This document shows positions 1 through 10,980 of a stretch of 64,000 nt of DNA, in pieces. The notes under the pieces are model-generated. The model ran no database searches, had not been told where the DNA came from, and saw only the letters and a list, made by a program, of their open reading frames with translations. A program made the position numbers and the translations under genes. Every line of letters begins with the position of its first letter. Position 1 is the first letter of the stretch. The stretch spans positions 2,666,001-2,730,000 of the forward strand of contig OY986948.1 in NCBI GenBank assembly GCA_963920595.1, in the 5' to 3' direction. The DNA comes from Eimeria praecox. Taxonomy: Eukaryota.

Positions 1-223
1 ACGCGGCTACACTAGCAGAAGGGGGTTTAGGGTTTAGGGTTTAGGGTTTAGGGTTTAGGGTTTGGCGAGTAAAGACCAACGGACAAGAAGAAAGTAAATA
101 AAATAAATTAAAATAAACAAAATTAGTAAAAACAAAATGAATAGATAGTTTAAATAATTGTTTTTTTCTTTGTCTATTGCTGTTAGGGTTTAGGGTTTAG
201 GGTTTAGGGTTTAGGGTTGTTCC

Positions 224-359
<136 letters not shown>

Positions 360-1038
360 ATGATGATAAGGAGGAGGGGTTTAAGAAGATAAGTATTTGA
401 GGTTAAATATATTTAAATAGATAAATTTTTTTAATTAAATTTAAATTTATTAAGTTTAATTTTCATATTATTCTACTACAAGCTGCAAACGAGCGCCTTA
501 CACGTAAACCCTAAACCCTAAACCCTAAACCCTAAACCCTAAACCCTAAACCCTAAACACCGCTCCAAGGTGTTTAATACTGAACGCATAGACAAACATT
601 AGAGAAAATTGCAGCCATTCAAGCAACAATATCTCAGTAATTTAGGGTTTAATGCTTAGGGTTTAGGGTTTAGGGTTTAGGGTTTAGGGTTTAGGGTTTA
701 GGGTTTGGAAAGCAAGGGGGGCCCCTGAGGGGGCCCCCCTGGCGCATGCAATCTCGCGAGGACCCCGCTTAACAGCAACAATTATCTTCTTCTTTAGATT
801 TCTTTCATTTTCGTATTATTTTTTTGTTTCCTTTCTTCTTAACTGTGCCACATTCTCTAGGGTTTAGGGTTTAGGGTTTAGGGTTTAGGGTTTAGGGTTT
901 AGGGTTTAGGGTTTAGGGTTTCGGCTTACGTTTCGCCGAAATCCTACAAGGGATCGCTAGACCACCTCCCTAGGGTTTAGGGTTTAGGGTTTAGGGTTTA
1001 GGTTTTTCTTTGTATTAGCATGGAAAGCTGTACTGAGG

Positions 1039-1089
1039 ATGCTTCGGCTTCGCCTTCCTCCCGCTGTCGTGCGGTGGTCGTCGCTCAGT

Positions 1090-1135
<46 letters not shown>

Positions 1136-1184
1136 TTGCCAAGACTGCTGCTGCTGCGGTGAGCCGCTTCTCCTCATGCCGCAG

Positions 1185-1262
<78 letters not shown>

Positions 1263-2413
1263 GCTCTGGGCCTCTGTAAACCAGGATCTCCGGTGTCTCC
1301 GCACCTCAGACTTCAGCGCTTGTCGCTTCTTTCATTCTCATTCCCCTCCGTCAGATGAAGCAAACCTAATGTACACTCCAAACCCCAAACCCCAAACCCT
1401 AAACCCTAAACCCTAAACCCTAAACCCTAATCTTCACGAAGCTTCCGGGGTGGCAGCCGCTTCTGTATGAGAGTTTATTTGTATGATGAAGGCTGACAGC
1501 TAGCTACTAAGTTTCACTCGTTGTAGCATATAAAGACCCTAAACCCTAAACCCTAAACCCTAAACCCTAAACCCTAAACCCTATTTGGTGTGGTTTTATG
1601 TTTTCAGCTCTTTTGTGTTTGTTGAAGAAGACGGAACAGAAACCCCCGTCAAAGTCCCCGAAGGATGCACTGTGTTAGAGGCGGCTCATTCAAACAATGT
1701 GCCCATAGAAGGTAGCCTCTAAACCCTAAACCCTAGGCCCTAAACCCTAGACCCTAGACCCTAAACCTCGAGTCTCTCTTTTAAGGTTTCTTTCTGCATT
1801 GTTGACAGTTTGGTGTTTGCTCAAGGAGAGAGCAAGAATGTTTTCTAGATCTTTCTAGGGTTTAGGGTTTAAGGGTGAGGGCTTAGGGTCTAGGGTTTAG
1901 GGTTTAGGGTTTGGGGTGTATGTACAGGGGCTTGTGAGGGACAGTGCTCGTGCTCCACCTGCCACGTAATTCTCAGCGATCAGCTCTATGCATCTTTGAA
2001 AGAACCCTCCGATGAAGAAGAAGACATGCTAGACCTCGCCGCTTGCCTCACTGACACGTAAACCCTAAACCCTAAGCCCTAAACCCTAAACCCTAGCTAC
2101 CTCTGTCTGTCTGTGAAGCTACACCGCAAATCCTAAACTTTAAGCTTTTGCCTAATCTACTTGTCAAGCATGAACCCAAACCCTAAACCCTAGCCTACCC
2201 TGTATGTCAAGCTACACACAAACCCTAAACCCTAAACCCTAAACCCTAAACCCTAAACCCTAGGCATTCAGAGACAAGTTTATTTTGTGTTTTCTCAGGT
2301 CGCGACTAGGCTGTCAGATCCGCGTCAATGAAGCATTTTCGGGGGAGATGATTCGTTTGCCTCCCATCACCCGAAACTTTTTTGTAGACGGCCACAAACC
2401 TACCCCCCACTAA
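1039..2413 (+). CDS. FDX1: Mitochondrial [2Fe-2S] ferredoxin (adrenodoxin/Yah1 type), 4 exons
   Basis: Exons 1039-1370, 1608-1711, 1928-2057 and 2299-2413 have GT-AG borders and consistent phases. The product reads ...[51 protein letters not shown]...[24 protein letters not shown]...[14 protein letters not shown], which carries the adrenodoxin C-x5-C-x2-C...SRLGCQ signature. The N-terminus is Arg/Ser-rich like a mitochondrial presequence. Confidence 0.95.
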
Positions 2414-2467
2414 AGGGTTTAGGGTTTAGGGTTTAGGGTTTAGGGTTTAGGGTTTAGGGTTTAGGGT

Positions 2468-3856
2468 TTAGTCTCCTGCATCGAACCGCTTCCCCAAGCT
2501 GTACGAAAGCACTTGGTAGACAACAGCCACCGATACGATATAGCTGACAACCAAACCGATGACGAGGTAGGTTATCCAACTCAATCCTGCTCACGTTAAA
2601 CATGTCCTAGGGTTTAGGGTTTAGGGTTTAGGGTTTAGGGTTTACCTGTGGGCGCCTGAGGCAGCTGACCCGCTATCAACTCCACTCCAGTTATGAGCGT
2701 CGCACCCACAGAGCCCGAGGCGAGGTACGTCAGGTTCAGTCTTGCTCTTAGGAAGGAGACAAACAGCTTCGCCGAAACAGCCATTTAGGGTTTAGGGTTT
2801 AGGGTTTAGGGTTTAGGGTTTCTACCTAACCACAAATGTATAGGGCGCTTACCGGATCGATATAAGCGGGCTTGACGTTCTCTGTATGCGTGCTACATCA
2901 CAACAAGCAGACTGCCGGGCTATCCAACTAGCTAGCTAGCTAGCTAGCTAGCTAGTTATTTATTTATTTATTTATTTATTTAGTTTGTTAGCTAGCTAGC
3001 TAGTTAAGAAGCTAGCTATGGGGTGCTTACCACGGCCGACGAGGGAAACAAGCAAGTGGTTTCTAACGAACATGAGGAGGAGGCCGTCGTGGCAGGCTTT
3101 GTTGCCGATAGCCCATCGTCTGTTTCTCTCTTATATTACAACAAAAACAAAAAAAAACTGAGAGAGGAGAGAAGTTTATGTATTTCTACCTGAGGAGCTG
3201 TTCAGCCATGTCGTCTGCTGCCTCTTGTAGGGTTTGTGGTTCGAGTACAAGTAAGGAAGGCATCACAGCCACAGCAATCTGAGGAGGGATAAAATGTAGA
3301 TTAAAACTACTTTGTTGTTTTGTTTGTTTTAAAAATAAAATTAAAAATATAAACAAACCTGAAAATGATGCAACTTTCCATCCTCACAAGAATGAGCGTG
3401 TTGATCGCGAACCTTTAGAAGCGCTAATTCAAGTTCTGCTTGTTCTTGAGGAGAGAGAAGTTTTTCTGGATCACAGAACCAGGAGTGTGTTTGGCTATGA
3501 AATAAATGATATAATGAATATAAATAACAGAAAAAAACAGAAAAAAAGACAGAAAATAACACACAAACACACACCGACTCGAAAACGTGCAGCTTTCAGG
3601 ATCTGTGAACGGATTCGGAAAGGTTGCTGCTGTGTAGAGCATTCCAACTTCCCTGAGAGTAAACTCAGGCATTAAATTGTTTTATAGGGTAAATAAATCA
3701 TGAACTTCTATTTATATACAAGAATTTCAAGAAAATATCGCGTCATTCCAGCAGAATCTCACTCTTTGCCACGGCCGCGAGGGTAGTAACCCTTGACGCT
3801 TCCGGTGTAAGGAGGAAATGGCTCAAATCGAAATGGCCTTTTGATTTCTTCACTCA
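2468..3856 (-). CDS. TPM/MOLO1-like domain membrane protein, multi-exon (5' end uncertain)
   Basis: Minus-strand exons give YTAATFPNPFTDPESC / WFCDPEKLLSPQEQAELELALLKVRDQH..CEDG..FQ / IAVAVMPSL..AADDMAEQLLR / WAIGNKACHDGLLLMFV / FLRARLNLTYLASGSVGATLITGVELI / GLSWITYLVIGLVVSYIVSVAVVYQVLSYSLGKRFDAGD*. The CDP..LL, IAVAV and W.IG...C..GLLL pattern matches TPM/MOLO1 domains, followed by a C-terminal transmembrane helix. Upstream exons around 3760-3856 (and possibly 4390-4680) are tentative. Confidence 0.75.
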
Positions 3857-4748
3857 TTACTAAATATATGAAACAGAAAACAAATAATAATAAACATTTG
3901 ACAGAAAATAGAGCACTCATCACGACGAGAAACCAAAAAAATAAAGAAAATTGACTATCGACTGCCCATGAAAACCAGCTTTCCATTATCCCACCAACAT
4001 GGAAGCTGAGCATACACCCGAATTCTTGAACTCAGGCATTTAATAAATCGTATTCGCCTTCTTTATTGTTAGACTTAAGTCTTTCCATGATTAAAAAACA
4101 ACATTTTATGTATTTATTCTTGCAGTTTTATAATACAGCTTCTGCTTCTCTAGAGTGTCTGCCGGATAGGGGGGGGGGGGGGGGGGGCATTGTCGATTGT
4201 GTGTGTCGAGTGACGAGTGATGTGGAAACGCCCATATAATGAGCATCTCACGTAGAAGTAGATTATTTATTTATTTATTTCAAATCTTATTTGTATTTCT
4301 CCTTCGAATTCAAGCAAGTTTTCAATTATTTTTTTCTCGCTTTCTTGTCGCTCTTACTGCCACGGAGGGCTAGCTAGTGTTGCTTACACTCTCACCAGCT
4401 CTTTTTCCTGAATTTCTTCCCATTTTTGGTTGCAAACAGGAAAATTATCAGAAATACTATTATTTATTTGTCAAGACAACCTAAACACCTCCGCCTCGGG
4501 TTTGACTTTAAGGGCCGCCTCCCGCTGTCCGTGCGCCCTGTCTGGAAGGTCAGCAACGAAAGATTATATTCAACTTGCTTACGTTTTTTGCTCTTCCTCT
4601 TAAGTTTTTGAAGGTAAGCATTATACAGACTCTTCCACGCATACACTCCGCGTCGCACACGCTCACGCGTCAAAGCCACTTTGCAGATCTGATTTGAGGG
4701 TCTAGGGTTTCGCGCAGGCGGCTCAGCTGTGGACGTGTGGAAGGGTAC

Positions 4749-4809
<61 letters not shown>

Positions 4810-4868
4810 TATACTATACACGCATGAATTGAGAAAACGTTTATCCCCTTAGGACAAGCGGCTCTTCT

Positions 4869-5511
4869 TGTAGTGCACAGGCACTACAATGGAAGTCTGG
4901 TTAGGCCTCTAGAGGCCTAATATCATGAAAAGGAATGAACACTATAGAAGATTTCAGGGATTAGGACACTTTTAGATAGAAAGGCAGTTTGATAGGATCA
5001 GAGTGCTCGCCAGCCCGCACCAGCTTGGGGCCGGGTGTGAGGCTGAGCCTGTTGCTGTGATTCTGGTCCTGACTGTAGTGAACAGTTGGCCTACACTGTT
5101 ACTACGATAGATCCCTAGGCGATACAGAATAGGTGCAAACGCTACGATCTCGCTCTTAATCCTATGATTCTCGCTGAAACCACTAATAAACGCCGTTAAC
5201 AACCAAATATATGATCGAGTTCCTATTATTGTTCCCCAAGGAAAAGCCAGAATAATAGAACTGATGCTCGACCCTCGCTGAGGGCCCGGACCACAGTCAC
5301 AGCAACAGCCTCACACCCGGCCCCAAGCCGGTGCTGGCTGGCGGGCACTCTGATCCTACTAAGCTGCCTTGCTATCTAAAGTGTCCTAATCTCGGAAGTC
5401 TTCTTAAGTGTTTATTCCGTTTCATGATATCAGGCCTCTGGAGGCCACACCAGAGATCCATTGTAGTGCCTGTTCACTACAAACAGTGTAGACCAGCTGT
5501 TCACTACAGTC
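4869..5511. repeat. Diverged inverted repeat, arms ~4869-5100 and ~5288-5511
   Basis: The left arm TGTAGTGCACAGGCACTACAATGG...GGATTAGGACACTTTTAGATAG...GCTTGGGGCCGGGTGTGAGGCTG aligns to the reverse complement of the right arm with scattered substitutions and small indels. Confidence 0.9.
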
Positions 5512-7000
5512 CTTCTGTTGTAGCTGAAGTCAAGCAGGGGAATCTAGACAGAATAACGTAGGTGCTATCGTATACTCTAACTGCTGTTAAACCAACTTTC
5601 GTGTCCATCGTGATGTCCGTTCAGATGTTTTTTGAAATCGGAAGATTCTGCAGTAGTCCTAGCTTCCGTTTGTTTTGCGGTTTCTGCTGCTGGCATTTCG
5701 GGCAAGGGAGGGTACCTTCTTCGGTCCAGCAACCGTGAGAGTGTAGACGAGTAGCGGCCTCTCGAATCACCTCTAACTATGCAGGATCTAGTTCGACCCG
5801 TGCTGCAGAGGCACGAAGAGTTTGTATGTAAAACAAACGCTTCTGTGCTTTCACGGACCACTGTTTTTCGCGTAACAGGTGCAAAGCGCGTCGTGGGTGT
5901 TGCTTCTGCAAATTGTGGGGGAAGGTAAGGCCATCATCCATGTCTATCATGCATGTCTATTACCATTTATCCCTCATTGATTGGCTCAAAGAAGTGGTGA
6001 GCGTTCTTTTGCTGCAGTTCACCAGGTGCATCCAGGAGGGCAAACGGAACGCATGCGTTGTCTATCTGGCGAATACCGGCAAAGAATTCTGCAGCATATA
6101 CTTGGGCAGTTCAGGGTCACTGTAGAAGGGGACGGACAAATGCATGCAGCCCAGTCCGGAAAGTATTATGAAAACCACATTTTGGAGGGCTTCGATCCAG
6201 GAAACACACGAGAGAAAGCTGAAATAGGCAAACTTGAAAGGAAGAGTTCCTAGATGCACTCAGTAACGAGATAGCGAGATGCTTCGAACGGGCCAGCTAC
6301 CCTTTGCTCAGGCAACGTGATGCATCCAGCTTCTCCCTAAAGCAGCCCCACACGTTGTTTTAAGGAACCAGGGACCTTCACAACAAGCGACAAGCCGACG
6401 AGCTGCTACTGAAAGACAAGATTTAGCGTCCAACTAGCGTCTTTGAACACAATTCGGTGTTGGAGTAGAGGAGGAACCTCTGGGGCCGCCAAAGCAGTAA
6501 CTGTTACGGAGGCCACAAGTGCTGGTGGAAGCCCCTAACACTGTACCCTTACTGTGCAGAGCGACCAACTACACGAGGGCCTAATGTGGTTAAAGGTGGG
6601 GCGGGTCCGGTTTAGAACGGCTGGTGCAGCGCTAGTACTCGTAAGTTTTCTACTTAACTGGCAGGTAGACTATGGATGGCCAAGTAAGTGTGTAGAGAGT
6701 GTCCTCCGTACAGCCTACAATTGTGGCGTATGCAGCACAGAGACGCAAACATTTGTGCTTCCCTGTGGGGCTGTCTTCGCAGCACTAGCTACAGCAAGGT
6801 GAGCTACAGCCCCTGATATGCCTGTCCGTCTCCCCACCTGCCCATTCCCCTGGTCCGCTGTGCCCAAGAGGCTGGGGGGGAGTTCAGCTACTTTTTAAGA
6901 ACTCTTTCTGTAAGCCTTTGATTCTATTGCACCTAATGACTGTCCTTTAATAAGATGGAGGGCTTTCGTTACTTCTAAACCCCCAAGCCGTGCTTCGCCA
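4869..7000. mobile_element. Possible degenerate LTR-retrotransposon remnant
   Basis: Repeat-poor island lacking CAG and telomeric tracts. The repeat unit starts TGTAG and has CTACA near its end. Only short broken ORFs follow, with no clear RT or integrase motif. Confidence 0.3.
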
Positions 7001-7209
7001 GACCGTCTAATAGGGCTGTCTAGCTAGCAATTTATTGGCGTCTTGGCCCCTATTCTTCTAGCTATATATCTAGCTAGCTAAACAGATACCTAGCTGGAGG
7101 AGATGTAGAAGAAACGACAGTCCAGCCTCACAACCAAACACTGCTGCTCTTTGCACATATCCTCTTCAAACCCTAAACCCTCGACCCTTCGCAAATTAGG
7201 TTTTAGGGT

Positions 7210-7647
7210 TTAGGGTTTAGGGTTTAGGATCTGTGTTGGTGATGCCCATGAGTTGCTACTTCTGTCTATATCCCCGCTGCTAAAGGAAGGTAAAGAGGCA
7301 GCTGCAACACCAACCTCTGCAGCTTCACTGGCCCCCAGCGGCAACCAAGCAGAAGGGGCTGAGGGGGCCCCATCAGAATGCAGTGTGGAGTTTGTCCCTG
7401 GCTCCCGCTGCTGCTGCTGCTGTCCCTGCTGGTTACCTGAACATACACTCAATGTGAGCCCCTGGGGGGCCCCTTGAGGCCCCCCTCCAGACCATGTTCG
7501 CGTCTCTGACAGGCAAGGCAAACAGGGGGGACCGTCAAACCCTAGGGCCTCTTTCACTTCAGCAGCGAGGTCAGGCGTCAGCGCTGGAGACAGTTGCAAA
7601 TCCTCCTCTCCACCCAACATCAAGGGGGGCCCCCCGGGGCCCCCCAT
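7210..7647 (-). CDS. Possible terminal exon of a hypothetical protein
   Basis: 145-aa ORF of mostly non-repetitive composition that ends in a telomeric array (..LNPKP*). It may join the upstream ORF 8371-8691. No recognisable domain. Confidence 0.3.
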   Translation of the reverse strand: MGGPGGPPLMLGGEEDLQLSPALTPDLAAEVKEALGFDGPPCLPCLSETRTWSGGGPQGAPQGLTLSVCSGNQQGQQQQQREPGTNSTLHSDGAPSAPSAWLPLGASEAAEVGVAAASLPSFSSGDIDRSSNSWASPTQILNPKP

Positions 7648-7826
7648 GCCCAGTAAGGTGGCGGGAGGGAGGGTTCGCGGGGCCCCCCAGGGCCTCTGAT
7701 AGCACGATTGGCTACAATTAGAAGGAAATACAATTTATCTTTCAATAAGAAATCAAAATAAGCGAAATAATGCAAAAAAGCGACAAAAGGACTCAACAGA
7801 AGAGAGGAGGAGGAGGTTGTTGCTGC

Positions 7827-7858
<32 letters not shown>

Positions 7859-9664
7859 TTGCAGCTGCTGCTGCTGCTGCTGTTATTGTTGCTGCCTGTT
7901 AGAGTTGTTTTTGCTGCATCATTCATGAAGTAATAATAATAATACAATATTACCCATGAAATATATTTTTTAATTTTAAATACAACTTTATTTATTTTAA
8001 TTTCCTAGCGTCAGTGCGCTGCAACAAACAAACAGTCGACGGAGGGGGCCCCCCGAATCCTCGGGGGGGGGCCCCCTTCCTCAAGGGGGCCCCCCTTCCT
8101 CAAGGGGGCCCCCCCCTGATATAGTGCCCTACCCCCCCCCCCCCCCCTTCCCTCTCCCCGCCCTCCTTTAATTTATTAATTGTATTTTGACTTTTTAATT
8201 TGTTTTATAAAATATAAACAACAAATGAGTATTAGATATTACAACAAGACGCACAAAGCCGTGAGGGGCCCCCGAGGCCCCAGGATGAGGGGGGCCCCCC
8301 TTAAGGAAGTATTTTCTTCTGCTGCAGCAGCATGAATGAAACAGCCTCAGGTGTCTGTACACCTCAAATTTCAGGTGTACAGACACCTTGGCAGGAAGAA
8401 TGTCTGGGCCTCTCCTGCCCCCCAAACTCTCTGTTGCAAGACACGCTGCACAGCATTCTGGTTGAGTCCGTCGGCTGATGTTGCTGCTGCTGTTGCTGCT
8501 GCTGTTGCTGCTGCTGTTGCTGCTGCCGTTGCTGCTGCTGTTGCTGGTGCTGCTGGTGCTGCTGTTGCTGGTGCTGCTGTTTCGCTGTTTCTGTTGCTGC
8601 TGTTGCTGGTGCTGCTGTTTTGCTGCTGCTGCTGCTGCAGTTGCTGCAGCAAAGTGAGGGGAATTGCTGCTGCTACTGACCGCAGCTTCATTTCTCCTCC
8701 ATGTTTATCCCTTTCCAGGGTTTAGGGTTTAGGGTTTAGGGTTTAGGGTTTATCTTTTTATTTTATTTTTATTTTATTTACAGAGGCATCCCAACACCTA
8801 CTCGTAGTGTAAGTACATTTTGTCTGTCTGCGGATTCCTCTTCTTCTTTTATTCATCGCATATTTATAGCAGACAGAGATAATATTTTATATAAAATTGA
8901 GGCTTCAGCAGATTGGCCTGCAGGATGGGGGCCCCAACACGACGGGCAGGGGGCCCCTGGGGGCCCCCCTGAACGTGGGTACCAGGGGCCAACCGGCAGC
9001 GGACCCAGGGGGGCCCCCCAGGGGGGGGCCCCCCACGGGGGGGCCCTCAAGGGGGGGGCCCCTAGGGGCCCCTCTACCCTCTCCAAAGCAGCAAGCTGCA
9101 GCGGGCCCCTAGTTTGTGCTGTCTGTGGGGGCCCCCCTTCTGAGGGGGGGCCCCTTAAGGGGGGCCCCCATGAAGGGGGCCCCTCTGAGGGGGGGCCCCC
9201 TAGGGTTCTCTCGTGTTTACAACGGGGTAGTCAACGGCTGCCTCGTGTACAACCAACACAACTACTAATTTATGTTTCTTATCCTTTTTGTCGAGAGGTT
9301 TGGGATGCTGGAGCTTCAGGTCAGACTCAGGGGTTAGGGTTTAGGGTTTAGGGTTTAGGGTTTAGGGTTTAGGGTTTAGGATCTGTGTCGACGATCCTCT
9401 TCCCCTTTCCTATCAATCACGCAGCAACGTACCACTAGCGGTTCTCAATCTTAACACACTCAGAAACTAGGGTTTAGGGTTTAGGGTTTAGGGTTTAGGG
9501 TTTAGGGTTTTGTGTTGTGTGTAGATTTGTTTACACATTATATAGCTGGGAAGCCACTAGCAACCTGCTCTGTCTCCGTTTTAAATTGCTCTCTACATGC
9601 TGCAGATTTATTAATAGAGATATCGTCAGTATCAAGGGATGAGGCCATTCGTAAGGAGACACAC

Positions 9665-10800
9665 ACTGTCTCCTTCTATTCTTCTGTATCTTCTCTATTC
9701 TTCTGTCTCCTTTTATTTATCTGTCTCCTTCTATTCTTCTGTCTCCTTCTATTCTTCTGTATCTTCTCTGTTCTTCTGTCTCTTCTCTATTCTTCTGTCT
9801 CCTTCTGTTCTTCTGTCTCTTCTCTATTCTTCTGTCTCCTTTTATTTATCTGTCTCTCCTCTGTTCTTCTGTCTCCTTCTATTCTTCTGTATCTTCTCTA
9901 TTCTTCTGTCTCCTTCTATTCTTCTGTCTCCTTTTATTTATCTGTCTCTCCTCTGTTCTTCTGTCTCCTATTCTTCTGTCTCCTTCTATCCTTCTGTCTC
10001 TTCTCTATTCTTCTGTCTCCTTCTATCCTTCTGTATCTTCTCTAGTCTTCTGTCTCCTTTTATTTTTCTGTCTCCTCATATTTATCTGTCTCCTCATATT
10101 TATCTGTCTCTTCTCTATTCGTCTGTCTTCTTTTATTTATCTGTCTCTCCTCTGTTCTTCTGTCTCCTCTTATTTATCTGTCTCCTTTTATTTATCTGTC
10201 TCCTTTTATTCTTCTTTGTCTTCTCTGTTCTTCTGTCTCTTCTCTATTCTTCTGTCTCCTTCTATTCTTCTGTCTCTTCTCTATTCTTCTGTCTCCTTTT
10301 ATTTATCTGTCTCTCCTCTGTTCTTCTGTCTCCTCTCTATTCTTCTGTCTCCTCTCTATTCTTCTGTCTTTTCTCTATTCTTCTGTCTCCTTTTATTTAT
10401 CTGTCTCTTGTTTATTCTTCTGTCTCTTGTTTATTCTTCTGTCTCCTTTTATTTATCTGTCTCCTTTTATTTATCTGTCTCCTTTTATTTATCTGTCTCT
10501 CTCTCTTTCTACTTTGTTGTTTTCTGTTTGTTTTTGTTTTATATATTCTTCTGTCTCCTTCTTTTATTTGATTCTGTCTCCTTTCTCTTCTTCTTTTATT
10601 TTATTCTGTCTCCTTTCTCTTCTTCTTTTATTTTATTCTGTCTCCTTTCTCTTCTTCTTTTATTTGATTCTGTCTCCTTTCTCTTCTTCTTTTATTTGAT
10701 TCTGTCTCCTTTCTCTTCTTCTTTTATTTTATTCTGTCTCCTTCTTTTATTTTATTCTGTCTCCTTCAACGTCTCCTCTCTCTTCTTTCTTTTTTAATTT
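9665..10800. repeat. Pyrimidine-rich degenerate minisatellite (TTCTTCTGTCTCCTT / TTTATTTATCTGTCTC units)
   Basis: Visible tandem ~18-20-bp variant units built around CTGTCTC. Confidence 0.9.
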
Positions 10801-10980
10801 TTTGTTTTTATTTTTTTTTATTTTGTTGTTTTATATCAAAATAAATAAAAGGAGACAGATATGCTCTTTTCTGTCTCCTTTTCATGTTGTCTTCTTCCTT
10901 TATATTCAACTGTTTAGGGTTTAGGGTTTAGGGTTTAGGGTTTAGGGTTTAGGGTTTAGGGTTTAGGGTTTGGGGTTTAG

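Noticed and set aside
9512..10797. Overlapping hydrophobic L/S/F/C ORFs
   Set aside because: Open in several frames because of a pyrimidine minisatellite; no domain evidence.
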